Source: Escherichia coli (GTDB lineage Bacteria > Pseudomonadota > Gammaproteobacteria > Enterobacterales > Enterobacteriaceae). Taken from it: a stretch of DNA of 64,000 nucleotides. The notes under the pieces were generated by a model. The model had not been told where the DNA came from, did no database searches, and saw only the letters and a program-made list of their open reading frames with translations. This document shows, one piece after another, positions 1 through 13,195 of this stretch (position 1 is the stretch's first letter; the number at the start of each line of letters is the position of its first letter). The stretch lies in NCBI RefSeq assembly GCF_003991155.1, contig NZ_CP031293.1; one strand, given 5' to 3'. A program made the position numbers and the translations under genes.

Positions 1-634
1 TGATAAATCCAGAATGGGTGACTTTAGCTGAATCAGGTAGAGACCATGAAATTCAAACAACCCTTAATCCACAACTTGTTCATGAATTAACCATTCCGGA
101 TAAACTATGGGATCAAATTCAGACATCGAAAGGAACTGGCTGGTTTCCGTTAATGGATTAAATATCTATTACTCTCCCGAGAGTAAAACTATCAAACCAA
201 TGAGTAACCGATACAGCCTCACAAATTCTTTCAGATAATTAACCCGTCACTGCGGCACGTTCTCTCGTAAGGCGTGCCTGCAGTGTAATCCAGTATGTAT
301 CCGGCATAGTTGACGGTTTAATAGAACTCAATTCCTCTCCCTGGTTACCTACAACGATATCTTGTATAACACCCCAGGAGATACGACATTACGATGAGAT
401 GCGATATGCTCCTCAGCGCCAATCAACGCCAGGGCTGGGCCAATCTTGAGATCAGACTCATTCCCGGAACTGACTTCAGGCGACATATATCAATGACGTT
501 GGTGCAATAAAAGATAGCCGATGTAATACATCTATTCAAATTTGTGATACATGTCAAAAAATTGGTTGACCAAACTCGTTATTTATATAAGGGCACTTAC
601 GAAGTGCACTCTTTTTTAAAGCGAGGAAGTACCA

Positions 635-736
635 ATGAAAGAGAATAAAGTACAGCAAATCAGTCATAAACTGATTAATATCGTTGTTTTTGTCGCAATT
701 GTAGAATACGCCTATTTATTTCTCCATTTCTATTAA
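635..736 (+). CDS. ykgR: Small hydrophobic protein (33 aa), YkgR-like
   Basis: Read directly: ATG..TAA encoding MKENKVQQISHKLINIVVFVAIVEYAYLFLHFY; below the ORF-track size cutoff; position next to ykgM matches K-12 gene order from memory. Confidence 0.45.
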   Translation: MKENKVQQISHKLINIVVFVAIVEYAYLFLHFY

Positions 737-1070
737 TAACGGCAATAAACTGTTCACTTCAGTGATATTTAAAATATGCATCCTCTCCCTTTTTTGTAAG
801 TAATTATTATATCCGTGGGAGAGGAATATACGCTGTCAGGTAATCAATCAAACTGCGATAAATCATCGGCCAGTAAAGTGGAGATAGCCTCCATTCTCGA
901 AAAATCCATACTCTCAGCGAAACCATCATCAATCACTCATCCAGGCGTTTATGGGAGCGTAGCCAATGGCTGCTAACAATGCCAGACTTCCCCGTTGCGG
1001 AAATTCCACATCCCACAAATAGTCACAGGGATTGGGTGTTGAAATGATCCGGATGAGCATGTATCTTTAT

Positions 1071-1092
1071 GGTTATGTTATAACATAACAGG
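1071..1092. promoter_or_regulatory. Zur-box-like palindrome upstream of ykgM
   Basis: GGTTATGTTATAACATAACAGG, palindromic core TGTTATAACATAACA a few bp upstream of the ykgM start; ykgM-ykgO are known Zur-repressed zinc-independent ribosomal paralogs. Confidence 0.55.
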
Positions 1093-1097
1093 TAAAA

Positions 1098-1364
1098 ATG
1101 ATGAAACCCAATATCCATCCTGAGTATCGTACTGTGGTGTTCCACGACACCATTGTTGATGAGTACTTTAAAATCGGCTCGACTATCAAAACAGACCGTG
1201 AGATTGAGCTGGATGGCGTAACGTATCCGTACGTAACAATTGATGTCTCTTCGAAATCGCACCCGTTCTATACAGGGAAGCTGAGAACAGTGGCATCAGA
1301 AGGAAATGTTGCACGGTTCACCCAACGTTTTGGTCGTTTTGTTAGCACGAAAAAGGGGGCATGA
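1098..1364 (+). CDS. ykgM: Ribosomal protein L31 paralog (type B, zinc-independent)
   Basis: ORF-track 88 aa [17 protein letters not shown]...; recognised as YkgM/RpmE2. Confidence 0.9.
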   Translation: MMKPNIHPEYRTVVFHDTIVDEYFKIGSTIKTDREIELDGVTYPYVTIDVSSKSHPFYTGKLRTVASEGNVARFTQRFGRFVSTKKGA

Positions 1365-1504
1365 TGAAAGTCCTTAACTCTCTGCGTACCGCAAAAGAAC
1401 GCCATCCAGACTGTCAGATTGTGAAGCGAAAAGGACGGCTGTATGTGATTTGTAAATCTAATCCACGTTTTAAGGCCGTTCAGGGTCGTAAGAAAAAACG
1501 TTGA
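1364..1504 (+). CDS. ykgO: Ribosomal protein L36 paralog
   Basis: Read directly: ATG overlapping ykgM stop (ATGA), 46 aa [46 protein letters not shown]. Confidence 0.85.
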   Translation: MKVLNSLRTAKERHPDCQIVKRKGRLYVICKSNPRFKAVQGRKKKR

Positions 1505-2519
1505 TTTAAAATTCGACGAATTAACGATATTTGTCTGATTAATAATCAGACCGGATTAATGTTGGTGTATTTATTACACCAGCATTAATTTTCCTGGGGA
1601 TGTATCTTCCTGTTCATTTAAGGTCAACTGCCTGACGTTTCTCTCCGAATATTCCATTATATTAATGTTGACTTGTTGACCAGCTTCGCCCTGTATGCTG
1701 GCATCAACTCTATTTTAGACTGAACACGTCACTCAGTTTCCTCCCTTTGCGACGCAGCCTGCATTTACACTCAAACTGTTAAGATGATAAATGTGGTAAA
1801 TCTGTTGGTACTGACATAAAAACGTTTACGCCACAGGAACGGCCAGATCCATCGGTAACCCCATCGCCGACGTTCGAGTGCCAGTTAGAGTAACGCGCAC
1901 AGATGACTGAATGCAGTGCCCTGGCAAAGAGGCCATCGTTCCTGTGACAACTGGCAGTCTTCGTTTAACTTCACTTAATTTGGCTCTTAGGGGGCTTACC
2001 GGACATGATGACGCACTTACACCTGTTTAATTTTTCATCACTTATTGGAGTGAACACCCATAACCATTTTGTGCGGCATGTTAACCCATTAAAACACCTT
2101 ACTGATTGGCAAATCATCTTTAATTATGACTCATGATAGTTTTATATTCTATTTCTTATCATTTAAACTTGTTTTTTTACTAGTCCATTACACAACACAT
2201 TAAGACTATTCCTAACACCTCAGGGCAAAGTTCCTGGCTAATATAAAATGCAAGTAAGAATTGAACGTTATATTGCCAATAACCTTATGAAACTGAATGT
2301 CTTTTTCTTCTTATCAAAAAAGCAATATTTTCATTTTTTGTAAATATTGACTTAACCATGGAATTCATTTTCTGTTCACATATTGACACTCATCAGGAAA
2401 AAAACATAAATTTAAACCTAATCGAAATAATTAAAACTTAATCTCGTTTAACCTATATTGATATGTGCTACGTATCTTATTTACTTCCGATTTACTAAAG
2501 AAACTGAATGTACCTGTAA

Positions 2520-3131
<612 letters not shown>

Positions 3132-3205
3132 ACTCCAGGCAAGTTAGTTTTAAAAAATGACTCACCGGGACTTCATGTCCTCAATTCAACTCGGGAAGAA
3201 AAGCA

Positions 3206-3793
3206 ATGAAAAAAAAGGTTCTGGCAATAGCTCTGGTAACGGTGTTTACCGGTACAGGTGTGGCGCAGGCTGCTGACGTAACAGCTCAGGCTGTAGCGAC
3301 CTGGTCAGCAACAGCCAAAAAAGACACCACCAGTAAGCTGGTTGTGACGCCACTCGGTAGCCTGGCGTTCCAGTATGCCGAAGGCATTAAAGGTTTTAAC
3401 TCACAGAAAGGTCTATTTGACGTGGCTATCGAGGGTGACTCAACGGCTACCGCCTTTAAACTGACCTCACGTCTTATCACCAACACCTTAACCCAGTTGG
3501 ATACCTCAGGTTCCACACTGAATGTGGGCGTGGATTATAACGGCGCGGCAGTCGAAAAAACTGGCGATACCGTGATGATCGATACCGCCAACGGCGTACT
3601 GGGCGGCAACCTTAGCCCGCTGGCTAACGGTTACAATGCCAGCAATCGTACCACCGCACAGGATGGTTTCACTTTCTCCATCATCAGCGGCACCACCAAT
3701 GGTACCACCGCAGTAACCGATTACAGCACTCTACCGGAAGGCATCTGGAGCGGCGACGTTAGCGTACAGTTCGACGCGACCTGGACCAGTTAA
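3206..3793 (+). CDS. ecpA: E. coli common pilus major subunit
   Basis: 195 aa with signal peptide [22 protein letters not shown]; recognised as EcpA/MatB. Confidence 0.9.
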   Translation: MKKKVLAIALVTVFTGTGVAQAADVTAQAVATWSATAKKDTTSKLVVTPLGSLAFQYAEGIKGFNSQKGLFDVAIEGDSTATAFKLTSRLITNTLTQLDTSGSTLNVGVDYNGAAVEKTGDTVMIDTANGVLGGNLSPLANGYNASNRTTAQDGFTFSIISGTTNGTTAVTDYSTLPEGIWSGDVSVQFDATWTS

Positions 3794-3808
3794 TCTCTCT
3801 GATGTACC

Positions 3809-3836
3809 AGCAGGGGTAGCCCCCCTGCTTTATTCC
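3809..3836 (+). terminator. Intra-operon hairpin (partial terminator/attenuator) after the pilin gene
   Basis: AGCAGGGGTAGCCCCCCTGCT stem-loop followed by TTATT between ecpA and ecpB. Confidence 0.45.
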
Positions 3837-3850
3837 TGGACGGAATTGTT

Positions 3851-4519
3851 ATGAAAAAGCACCTTCTGCCTCTCGCTTTGCTGTTATCCGGAATATCTCC
3901 GGCCCAGGCGCTGGATGTCGGCGATATATCATCGTTTATGAACAGTGACAGCAGCACGCTGAGCAAAACGATCAAAAACAGTACCGACAGTGGTCGCCTC
4001 ATCAATATCCGTCTCGAACGGCTCTCTTCACCGCTTGACGACGGGCAGGTTATCTCAATGGACAAGCCGGATGAGTTGCTACTCACTCCCGCTAGCTTGC
4101 TGCTACCCGCCCAAGCCAGCGAAGTGATCCGCTTCTTCTATAAGGGACCCGCAGATGAAAAAGAGCGCTACTACCGCATTGTCTGGTTTGATCAGGCCCT
4201 CAGTGATGCGCAGCGCGATAATGCCAACCGCAGCGCTGTGGCCACTGCTTCCGCCCGCATCGGCACCATTCTGGTCGTCGCACCCCGCCAGGCAAACTAC
4301 CACTTTCAGTACGCCAACGGCTCCCTGACAAATACAGGAAATGCGACGCTGCGGATCCTCGCCTACGGCCCCTGCCTGAAAGCCGCCAATGGTAAAGAGT
4401 GTAAAGAGAATTACTACCTGATGCCGGGCAAGTCGCGTCGTTTTACCCGCGTGGACACGGCGGATAACAAAGGACGGGTTGCACTTTGGCAGGGTGATAA
4501 GTTCATTCCCGTGAAATAG
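3851..4519 (+). CDS. ecpB: Pilus chaperone
   Basis: 222 aa with signal peptide; operon position. Confidence 0.85.
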   Translation: MKKHLLPLALLLSGISPAQALDVGDISSFMNSDSSTLSKTIKNSTDSGRLINIRLERLSSPLDDGQVISMDKPDELLLTPASLLLPAQASEVIRFFYKGPADEKERYYRIVWFDQALSDAQRDNANRSAVATASARIGTILVVAPRQANYHFQYANGSLTNTGNATLRILAYGPCLKAANGKECKENYYLMPGKSRRFTRVDTADNKGRVALWQGDKFIPVK

Positions 4520-4544
4520 ATAGCTGTGCAGATGGATAACGACA

Positions 4545-7070
4545 ATGCCTTTACGACGGTTCTCCCCAGGACTGAAAGCCCAGTTTGCCTTCGGCATGGT
4601 CTTTTTGTTCGTTCAGCCCGATGCCAGCGCTGCTGACATAAGTGCGCAGCAAATAGGTGGGGTGATTATTCCGCAGGCCTTCAGTCAGGCGCTCCAGGAC
4701 GGCATGAGCGTCCCGCTCTATATTCATCTCGCCGGTAGCCAGGGTCGCCAGGACGATCAGCGAATCGGCAGCGCTTTTATCTGGTTGGATGATGGACAGC
4801 TACGCATCCGGAAAATACAGCTGGAAGAGAGTGAAGATAACGCCAGTGTCAGCGAACAAACTCGACAGCAGCTGATGGCTCTGGCGAACGCCCCGTTCAA
4901 TGAGGCCCTTACCATCCCCCTGACTGACAACGCGCAGCTGGATCTCAGCTTGCGCCAACTGCTGCTGCAGCTGGTGGTCAAGCGCGAAGCGCTGGGCACT
5001 GTACTACGCTCACGTAGCGAAGACATCGGGCAGTCCAGTGTTAACACCCTCAGCAGTAATCTGAGCTATAACTTCGGCGTCTATAACAACCAGTTGCGTA
5101 ACGGCGGGAGCAACACATCCAGCTATCTGTCGCTGAATAACGTTACTGCACTGCGCGAACATCATGTGGTGCTCGACGGCTCACTGTACGGGATTGGTAG
5201 CGGTCAACAGGACAGTGAATTATATAAAGCGATGTATGAACGCGATTTTGCTGGTCACCGATTTGCCGGTGGAATGCTCGACACCTGGAACTTGCAGTCC
5301 TTAGGGCCGATGACCGCCATTTCAGCAGGGAAGATTTACGGCCTTTCCTGGGGAAACCAGGCCAGCTCCACCATCTTCGACAGCAGCCAATCGGCCACGC
5401 CAGTGATCGCCTTTTTACCGGCGGCGGGCGAAGTACATCTCACCCGTGATGGGCGACTACTAAGCGTTCAGAACTTCACCATGGGCAATCATGAAGTGGA
5501 TACCCGGGGTCTACCGTACGGTATTTACGATGTGGAAGTTGAGGTAATCGTTAACGGTCGCGTGATCAGCAAACGCACCCAGCGGGTCAATAAGCTGTTT
5601 AGCCGGGGGCGTGGTGTCGGTGCACCGCTGGCGTGGCAGATATGGGGCGGTAGCTTTCATATGGATCGCTGGTCGGAAAACGGGAAAAAGACGCGACCAG
5701 CCAAAGAGAGTTGGCTGGCAGGTGCCTCGACCTCCGGCTCACTGAGTACGTTTAGCTGGGCGGCAACGGGATATGGATACGATAATCAGGCGGTGGGTGA
5801 AACCCGTCTGACGCTGCCGCTTGGGGGGGCGATCAACGTTAACCTGCAAAACATGCTGGCCAGTGACAGCTCATGGAGCAACATCGCCAGCATCAGCGCC
5901 ACTCTACCTGGAGGCTTCAGTTCGCTGTGGGTTAACCAGGAAAAAACCCGCATTGGCAATCAATTGCGACGTAGCGATGCCGACAACCGTGCAATCGGCG
6001 GCACACTCAACCTGAACTCACTGTGGTCGAAGCTGGGTACGTTCAGCATCAGCTACAATGATGACCGCCGCTACAACAGCCATTATTACACGGCAGATTA
6101 CTATCAAAGTGTCTACAGCGGTACCTTTGGTTCGCTTGGCCTGCGGGCCGGTATTCAGCGCTATAACAACGGCGACAGCAGCGCCAATACAGGGAAATAT
6201 ATCGCTCTCGATCTCTCGCTACCACTGGGCAACTGGTTTAGCGCAGGGATGACCCATCAAAACGGCTACACCATGGCAAACCTGTCAGCACGCAAACAGT
6301 TTGATGAAGGAACCATTCGCACTGTTGGTGCCAATCTGTCACGAGCCATCTCCGGCGATACCGGTGATGACAAAACCCTCAGCGGTGGGGCGTATGCACA
6401 GTTCGACGCTCGTTACGCCAGCGGAACGCTGAACGTCAATAGCGCGGCGGACGGCTACATCAATACTAATTTGACCGCCAACGGCAGCGTCGGCTGGCAG
6501 GGTAAAAACATCGCTGCCAGCGGGCGGACCGATGGCAACGCTGGGGTGATATTCGACACTGGCCTGGAGAACGATGGTCAGATCAGCGCCAAAATCAACG
6601 GGCGGATTTTCCCGCTTAACGGCAAGCGTAACTATCTCCCGCTCTCTCCCTATGGAAGATATGAGGTGGAGTTGCAGAACAGCAAAAACTCACTCGACAG
6701 TTACGATATCGTCAGCGGTCGCAAAAGTCATCTGACTCTCTATCCAGGCAATGTCGCTGTCATTGAGCCAGAGGTGAAGCAGATGGTTACCGTCTCCGGT
6801 CGTATCCGTGCGGAAGACGGCACACTGCTGGCTAACGCACGGATTAACAACCATATCGGCCGAACCCGAACCGATGAAAACGGCGAGTTTGTCATGGACG
6901 TGGATAAGAAATACCCCACTATCGATTTTCGCTACAGTGGCAATAAAACCTGCGAAGTGGCACTGGAACTCAACCAGGCGCGCGGTGCCGTCTGGGTCGG
7001 TGATGTGGTCTGCAGCGGCCTCTCATCGTGGGCGGCGGTGACGCAGACAGGAGAAGAGAATGAGAGTTAA
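4545..7070 (+). CDS. ecpC: Outer-membrane usher
   Basis: 841 aa ORF; operon position, size typical of fimbrial usher. Confidence 0.85.
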   Translation: MPLRRFSPGLKAQFAFGMVFLFVQPDASAADISAQQIGGVIIPQAFSQALQDGMSVPLYIHLAGSQGRQDDQRIGSAFIWLDDGQLRIRKIQLEESEDNASVSEQTRQQLMALANAPFNEALTIPLTDNAQLDLSLRQLLLQLVVKREALGTVLRSRSEDIGQSSVNTLSSNLSYNFGVYNNQLRNGGSNTSSYLSLNNVTALREHHVVLDGSLYGIGSGQQDSELYKAMYERDFAGHRFAGGMLDTWNLQSLGPMTAISAGKIYGLSWGNQASSTIFDSSQSATPVIAFLPAAGEVHLTRDGRLLSVQNFTMGNHEVDTRGLPYGIYDVEVEVIVNGRVISKRTQRVNKLFSRGRGVGAPLAWQIWGGSFHMDRWSENGKKTRPAKESWLAGASTSGSLSTFSWAATGYGYDNQAVGETRLTLPLGGAINVNLQNMLASDSSWSNIASISATLPGGFSSLWVNQEKTRIGNQLRRSDADNRAIGGTLNLNSLWSKLGTFSISYNDDRRYNSHYYTADYYQSVYSGTFGSLGLRAGIQRYNNGDSSANTGKYIALDLSLPLGNWFSAGMTHQNGYTMANLSARKQFDEGTIRTVGANLSRAISGDTGDDKTLSGGAYAQFDARYASGTLNVNSAADGYINTNLTANGSVGWQGKNIAASGRTDGNAGVIFDTGLENDGQISAKINGRIFPLNGKRNYLPLSPYGRYEVELQNSKNSLDSYDIVSGRKSHLTLYPGNVAVIEPEVKQMVTVSGRIRAEDGTLLANARINNHIGRTRTDENGEFVMDVDKKYPTIDFRYSGNKTCEVALELNQARGAVWVGDVVCSGLSSWAAVTQTGEENES

Positions 7071-8703
7071 CCTACTGATAGCGATGATAATCTTTGCGCT
7101 AATCTGGCCTGCAACCGCGCTCAGAGCGGCAGTGAGCAAAACAACCTGGGCGGATGCTCCGGCACGCGAGTTTGTGTTTGTCGAAAACAACTCAGACGAC
7201 AACTTTTTCGTCACTCCTGGCGGGGCGCTGGATCCGCGCCTGACCGGTGCCAACCGCTGGACCGGTTTAAAATACAATGGTTCAGGAACCATCTATCAGC
7301 AAAGCCTCGGCTACATTGATAACGGTTACAACACCGGCCTTTATACCAACTGGAAGTTTGATATGTGGCTGGAAAATTCACCAGTTTCATCTCCTTTAAC
7401 TGGCTTGCGCTGCATCAACTGGTACGCAGGGTGTAATATGACCACCAGTCTTATCCTGCCGCAAACCACCGACGCCAGTGGATTTTATGGCGCGACGGTG
7501 ACCAGCGGCGGCGCGAAATGGATGCACGGCATGTTGTCAGACGCGTTTTACCAGTATCTGCAACAAATGCCCGTCGGCAGCAGCTTTACAATGACCATCA
7601 ATGCCTGCCAGACCTCTGTGAACTATGACGCCAGCAGCGGCGCACGCTGTAAGGATCAGGCCTCCGGCAACTGGTATGTTCGCAACGTCACCCATACGAA
7701 AGCAGCAAATCTACGGTTGATAAATACCCACTCGCTGGCGGAAGTATTTATCAACAGCGACGGAGTACCGACTCTGGGCGAAGGGAACGCCGACTGCCGG
7801 ACGCAAACCATCGGCAGCCGTTCAGGATTAAGTTGTAAGATGGTTAACTATACCCTGCAAACAAACGGACTCAGCAACACCTCAATCCATATATTCCCTG
7901 CGATCGCCAACTCGTCGTTAGCCTCGGCCGTCGGGGCGTACGATATGCAGTTCAGTCTGAATGGCAGTTCATGGAAACCGGTGAGCAATACCGCCTATTA
8001 CTACACCTTCAACGAGATGAAGAGCGCAGACTCGATCTATGTTTTCTTCTCGAGCAATTTCTTTAAGCAGATGGTGAACCTCGGGATCAGCGATATCAAT
8101 ACCAAAGATCTGTTCAACTTTCGCTTTCAGAACACCACATCACCGGAGTCTGGCTGGTATGAATTTTCTACCTCCAACACGCTGATTATCAAACCCCGTG
8201 ATTTCAGCATCAGTATTATCTCCGATGAATATACTCAGACACCGTCGCGGGAGGGATATGTTGGCAGCGGCGAGTCGGCACTCGATTTCGGCTATATCGT
8301 AACCACCAGCGGTAAAACAGCTGCTGACGAAGTGCTGATCAAGGTGACCGGACCCGCGCAGGTGATTGGCGGGCGCTCCTATTGTGTCTTCAGCTCCGAT
8401 GACGGTAAGGCGAAAGTACCGTTCCCGGCGACGCTTTCCTTTATTACCCGCAACGGAGCTACAAAAACCTACGATGCCGGGTGCGATGATAGCTGGCGGG
8501 ATATGACCGATGCGCTGTGGCTGACTACACCGTGGACTGATATCTCTGGCGAAGTGGGGCAGATGGATAAGACCACAGTCAAATTTTCGATTCCAATGGA
8601 TAACGCCATTTCGCTGCGTACGGTAGATGATAACGGCTGGTTTGGCGAAGTCAGCGCTTCAGGAGAGATTCATGTTCAGGCGACGTGGCGTAACATTAAC
8701 TAA
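7060..8703 (+). CDS. ecpD: Pilus tip adhesin/polymerised minor subunit
   Basis: 547 aa with signal peptide; overlaps ecpC stop. Confidence 0.85.
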   Translation: MRVNLLIAMIIFALIWPATALRAAVSKTTWADAPAREFVFVENNSDDNFFVTPGGALDPRLTGANRWTGLKYNGSGTIYQQSLGYIDNGYNTGLYTNWKFDMWLENSPVSSPLTGLRCINWYAGCNMTTSLILPQTTDASGFYGATVTSGGAKWMHGMLSDAFYQYLQQMPVGSSFTMTINACQTSVNYDASSGARCKDQASGNWYVRNVTHTKAANLRLINTHSLAEVFINSDGVPTLGEGNADCRTQTIGSRSGLSCKMVNYTLQTNGLSNTSIHIFPAIANSSLASAVGAYDMQFSLNGSSWKPVSNTAYYYTFNEMKSADSIYVFFSSNFFKQMVNLGISDINTKDLFNFRFQNTTSPESGWYEFSTSNTLIIKPRDFSISIISDEYTQTPSREGYVGSGESALDFGYIVTTSGKTAADEVLIKVTGPAQVIGGRSYCVFSSDDGKAKVPFPATLSFITRNGATKTYDAGCDDSWRDMTDALWLTTPWTDISGEVGQMDKTTVKFSIPMDNAISLRTVDDNGWFGEVSASGEIHVQATWRNIN

Positions 8704-9382
8704 GGCCCTGCTGACAGTGGTCTGTATGCTGGCGGCACCTTTGACACAGGCGATTTCGGTCGGCAATCTGACATTTTCGCTGCCGTCCGAGACTGACTTT
8801 GTCAGCAAACGTGTAGTGAATAACAACAAAAGCGCGCGGATATACCGTATTGCCATCAGTGCTATCGATAGCCCGGGCAGCAGTGAATTGCGCACTCGAC
8901 CGGTGGATGGTGAACTGCTTTTCGCCCCCCGCCAGCTGGCGTTGCAGGCTGGTGAGAGCGAGTATTTTAAATTTTACTATCATGGTCCACAGGATAACCG
9001 CGAGCGCTACTACCGGGTCTCATTTCGCGAGGTCCCCACTCGCAACCAGACAAGACGTAGCCCAACCGGCGGCGAGGTCAGCACAGAGCCGGTGGTGGTG
9101 ATGGATACCATTCTGGTAGTACGACCACGTCAGGTTCAGTTTAAATGGTCCTTCGACCAGGTGACAGGAACGGTAAGTAACACCGGCAACACGTGGTTTA
9201 AGCTACTGATTAAACCAGGATGTGATTCGACCGAAGAGGAAGGCGACGCCTGGTATCTACGTCCGGGAGACGTGGTTCATCAGCCTGAGTTACGTCAGCC
9301 GGGGAATCACTATCTGGTCTATAACGACAAATTCATTAAGATTAGCGATTCCTGTCCGGCTAAGCCCCCTTCGGCGGACTAA
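8672..9382 (+). CDS. ecpE: Second pilus chaperone
   Basis: ORF-track frame 8627..9382; likely start at internal ATG 8672 (MFRRRGVTL..., 236 aa) overlapping ecpD end. Confidence 0.8.
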   Translation: MFRRRGVTLTKALLTVVCMLAAPLTQAISVGNLTFSLPSETDFVSKRVVNNNKSARIYRIAISAIDSPGSSELRTRPVDGELLFAPRQLALQAGESEYFKFYYHGPQDNRERYYRVSFREVPTRNQTRRSPTGGEVSTEPVVVMDTILVVRPRQVQFKWSFDQVTGTVSNTGNTWFKLLIKPGCDSTEEEGDAWYLRPGDVVHQPELRQPGNHYLVYNDKFIKISDSCPAKPPSAD

Positions 9383-9694
9383 GACTTATCCATCAGACGA
9401 GGGAAGAATTCCACCTCAGAGACTCAAAAATCGTTTAAATGATGTGGAAGCGATCGTCAATGTCACCTGTAACGATGAGCTTTCTCATATGCACACCACA
9501 GTGTTCAGGAGACACGGAAAGGTACCAGGCGGCCTGCTAACGAGTGGTTTCTTCACGAATTAGGACGTAAAATCGGTAACGGCTGGAAATCATTCAATAC
9601 TCACACTATCGAAAGTACACCAGCCAACCGCGATACGTCCCTGCATACGACGTACCGCAGTTCTCTTTACGATTTATAGCTGTACTGGTGAATT

Positions 9695-10024
9695 ATGAGC
9701 AATCTGAATCCATGCATGACGTGTGGTGCCTGTTGTGCATTTTTCCGCGTCTCTTTTTACTGGGCCGAAGCCGACGATGCTGGCGGTACCATTCCCGCCA
9801 GGCTCACTGAACAAATATCCCCTTTTCACCGATGCATGAGCGGTACCAATCAGAAAAACCCCCGATGTATTGCCCTTGCAGGAACACCGGGCAAAAATGC
9901 CTGCTGCACGATATATAAAAATCGATCTTCCACGTGCAGAGAATTCGCCATGTCTGGTGAGAACGGAGTCGTCAATGAGGCTTGCAATCGTGCAAGAGCT
10001 AAATACGGGCTGACACCGTTATAA
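9695..10024 (+). CDS. ykgJ: Cys-rich putative Fe-S/zinc-binding protein (UPF0153-like)
   Basis: 109 aa [17 protein letters not shown]... with multiple Cys motifs. Confidence 0.8.
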
Positions 10025-10047
10025 ATATGCAATAATTAATTGCACTG

Positions 10048-10080
10048 CCCCGCCAGCTATAATCGCGGGGCTTCGTTTTT
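10048..10080 (+). terminator. Rho-independent terminator after ykgJ
   Basis: CCCCGCCAGCTATAATCGCGGGG hairpin followed by CTTCGTTTTT. Confidence 0.5.
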
Positions 10081-10273
10081 CAGGGATAACAAAACCCGAA
10101 ACTTCTTCCATCTGCCAGCAACAATGCCTCTTCCTCTATAGTGTTCTCCGGATCTACAGCATCCTGAAGTAGCGCGATGTACTCACTGGCTATCTGCCAT
10201 CAGAAAGTTAAAAACAATGTTTTTAACCTATAAAAATGGCGCTGTATTTGCGCCATTTTTATCATTCAATGCA

Positions 10274-10888
10274 TTATCTGTTTGAGCCTAAAGGGATCTC
10301 AGGGTCTGGCTCATGAGTAATTCTGTTTCGTAAATCTCTGCGAATAATTTCAATGGACCAGAACCAGACTAAATGTCCAAAAATTTCAGAAACATTCTCA
10401 TACCACGGGAGATCAAACAGAGGTGGCGTCAGTCCCATGAGAGGGAATGAAATCATATGAACAAAAAGTTGGGCTAAAGCACCTGCCAGTAAGCCCTGCC
10501 AGAGTTTAATTTTTGGAAATACTTCAGCGACCACACAATAACCGACAGCAAACACTATCGAAAAGATAATGTGCGTAACACCAACCCAGTTAAAGACATG
10601 CCCGGCAAAGGTATAAACAGCCGCATTGGGATCTGTCAGCCCCAGCCAGTCTCGAAGAAAAATATACGGAGGATTGAGAAAATTACGGGAGCAATCAATT
10701 TGCCCAGCAGCCCTGATTAATGATTCCGGACCACACGCTGCATTAAACATATCCACCGGGCTACGTGGCGGCAATGGAACTTCAGCCCCCCACTTCACAA
10801 ATGCGGAAACAACGCCAGCAATCAGCCCAATGAATGCAGCAAGACCATAACGTCTGCGGTTCGGTGGAGTTTGTTCAAATATATTCAT
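10274..10888 (-). CDS. yagU: DUF1440 inner-membrane protein
   Basis: 204 aa [36 protein letters not shown]...; recognised. Confidence 0.85.
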
Positions 10889-11095
10889 ATTTACCCTGTT
10901 TGTTTAATTATGTTGTACACCTCTTCAGGAGTATTCATAAAACAAGACAAATGTAAAGAACTGTATTGTTTTGTATAACCACATGGTTACCTAATCGCCA
11001 ATTAATATAAGCTCCATTATTTCTCCATATTTTTATGTTAGAAGTGACAAGGAGAAATGTAATGTTTCTCTCAGAGAATATAAATCATTCCTTTT

Positions 11096-11121
11096 GCCCA
11101 CCTTAATGGTGGGCTTTTTTA
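11096..11121 (+). terminator. Rho-independent terminator-like hairpin (orphan)
   Basis: GCCCACCTTAATGGTGGGC followed by TTTTTT; no annotated plus-strand gene upstream, possibly ends a short transcript. Confidence 0.4.
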
Positions 11122-11339
11122 TGCAAAACCTGAACGTCCTGTGGTATTCCTCTGGCATAATGATTTTCGCGATTAACCAACAACCAGACCAGCAAAGACG
11201 CCACCACAAGCACAGCAACATCCTTCAGGCTTGCCACACCCCATACGTGCGGCTCAAAGCCGCCATGGCATATTAATCCGCTTGCCATTTTCGAACAGCT
11301 GATTGGTTTAGTCCGGTGTTTCCCTGCTTGCACTTAAAA

Positions 11340-11474
11340 ATGAGCGGATGGGAAACTCTCGAAATGGTTCGTCGATATGCTCACCTTTCAGTCAGGCATT
11401 TCACCGCGCACGCGAGCAAAATCAAAGGCACAAGAGGAGAACGTAGTTTACTGAAATGTGAGGTAACTTATTGA
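11340..11474 (+). pseudogene. 3'-terminal remnant of a tyrosine integrase gene
   Basis: Translates to MSGWETLEMVRRYAHLSVRHFTAHASKIKG...*, a typical integrase C-terminus (RYAHL motif); upstream frame does not continue as integrase. Confidence 0.5.
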
Positions 11475-11480
11475 TTTAAA

Positions 11481-11496
11481 TGGTGCGATAATAGGA
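11481..11496. repeat. Distal att repeat: partial copy of thrW 3' end
   Basis: TGGTGCGATAATAGGA versus thrW 3' end TGGTGCCGATAATAGGAG at 31061-31078, same orientation. Confidence 0.55.
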
Positions 11497-11558
11497 ACAA
11501 TACACATAGGCGATAAGCTTTGTTTTTGTTGCCTTTTTTATTGTTCATTTTTTATAGA

Positions 11559-11578
11559 TACCCCCAAAAGTACCCCCA
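11559..11578. repeat. Arm-type motif TACCCCCAAAAGTACCCCCA near distal att
   Basis: Near-identical copy TACCCCCATAAGTACCCCCA at 30928-30947 near the thrW-proximal att. Confidence 0.4.
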
Positions 11579-11697
11579 TATCTTTTTCCGCCCCTGAAAT
11601 TTGGTTGTTATTCATACAGCATATCAGGCGGTAACGCTCTCCCTTTAACCCACTTATTGTATGATAGTGCTATCCCACAATAAGGAATCAGCCAGCC

Positions 11698-12057
11698 ATG
11701 AGAATGACCAGTCGCAAAAAAGAGATACTTAGCTACTTTGAACCGGATAACCTCGAATGGGTGACTGGTGAGATTGGTGCGCCGCCGTTCGATGTGTCGG
11801 GTGTGGCCTACCTGCTTCATGGCATGGTGTCGTTCGATAAGCGTCACCAGCTCGAATCAACCCGGCGAACACTGGAAAGCATGGTTGCTGGTGGACTGCT
11901 TGAGCGGGTGACAGTGTATGAATCGCGCCAGATACGGCGCGGCGGTGATACTAACGCAACGGTCGTGCGCTACGGTTTACCCGGTCAGTGCGCTGTTATG
12001 CGCGATACTGGCGGCGCTGACAACGCAATATCAGGTGAATACATGCGGGTCAGTTAA
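11698..12057 (+). CDS. Hypothetical protein (119 aa), island cargo
   Basis: ORF-track; convergent and overlapping stop with next gene; no recognised domain. Confidence 0.35.
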   Translation: MRMTSRKKEILSYFEPDNLEWVTGEIGAPPFDVSGVAYLLHGMVSFDKRHQLESTRRTLESMVAGGLLERVTVYESRQIRRGGDTNATVVRYGLPGQCAVMRDTGGADNAISGEYMRVS

Positions 12058-12592
12058 TAGCCTGCAATCTGTCGTTGATGCGGCTCAGGTCGTAAACCCG
12101 GCGTTCAATATCCAGCATCAGGAAATTGTGGATCTCGGCCTGCTCAGGATTATCAGACTCTCTGGCCTGTAATAGCAATTCATTGTAACCATGCAAGCCG
12201 CCTGAGTTTTCCGCCGGGGTGGTGCCTTTCCCACGCAGGCAGCTAATGGGCTGATTACTCGTATCGTGTGTTTGCTTCTCCAGCACAATGACGCAATCCC
12301 ACCAGTCGCCAAAGTCATACGTGTAAACCAGCTTGTCACCCTCATTCTGGAGCGCCGCCCATAGTGGCGTGATTGCCGCGTTACCCATGCTTTCATCCTC
12401 ACCCCATACGCGATACTCGCTACCTGGATCACCTTTACGCCCTTTCTCGAACATATACAGGTGTTCGTCATTCCAGCCAAAAGCTAACTGGATCACGGCA
12501 TGAAGTTTACTAAAGGGGATTTGCTCTGGAACCAGCACACGCCGCCATATAGGTGGTTTGCTGTCTCGGATGGTTATCTTTAGCTGGTACAT
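12050..12592 (-). CDS. pRiA4b ORF-3-like family protein
   Basis: 180 aa with signature MYQLKIT..PPIWRRVLVP...LHAVIQLAFGW...YTYDFGDWWDCVI typical of the plasmid pRiA4b ORF-3-like domain. Confidence 0.6.
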   Translation of the reverse strand: MYQLKITIRDSKPPIWRRVLVPEQIPFSKLHAVIQLAFGWNDEHLYMFEKGRKGDPGSEYRVWGEDESMGNAAITPLWAALQNEGDKLVYTYDFGDWWDCVIVLEKQTHDTSNQPISCLRGKGTTPAENSGGLHGYNELLLQARESDNPEQAEIHNFLMLDIERRVYDLSRINDRLQAIN

Positions 12593-12712
12593 GCAAATCC
12601 TGAATAAATGCGAATCGGAAGGATAACGATACTGACGTACTCACAATTCTGTAAAGGTGAATAAAGGAAATTTGCTTAATACGCATAAGTTACATGTGGA
12701 ATAATCCCATAT

Positions 12713-12898
12713 CTACCTGCGCGGCGCTGGCTTCTTCCACTGGTAGGCAGGTGCTCGCATCATTTCGCGGAACCTGTCGCGCCGGGCTATATCGGCATTA
12801 ACTGATCGTTCTATCTCCCGTTGATCTGCCTGTGTAAGCTGGTGGCCTCCGTGCTCAAGTTTGGCGATGGTCAATAAGGCTATTTCGCGTGGTGTCAT
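12713..12898 (-). CDS. Hypothetical small protein (61 aa)
   Basis: ORF-track only. Confidence 0.25.
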   Translation of the reverse strand: MTPREIALLTIAKLEHGGHQLTQADQREIERSVNADIARRDRFREMMRAPAYQWKKPAPRR

Positions 12899-13195
12899 AC
12901 GTCATACCCTCTGGAAGGATGAAACACGCCCGGATTAAATTTCATTTTTCGCGGGTATAAAAAAACGATGGGGCGGGCAGTCCCGGATAGTCAGGGCTGT
13001 AGAGATTTGACTACCCCCTCCCCACTGGATTCAGGTTACTGCTATTCCGTTAAGCGCTGCTTACGGGGATAGCTGCGTTGTGATTTTGACCATTCAGGTC
13101 GCCGCTATTTCCTCACCGATTGGGTGCTACGCGCGCGCGTACTTGTCCCGAAATACCAGAAACCGCCAGCCAGAGGATGATTTCCCTCTGGTGGT

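Noticed and set aside
4103-5047. Minus-strand ORFs overlapping ecpB/ecpC
   Set aside because: Antisense to the conserved ecp operon frames; no independent support
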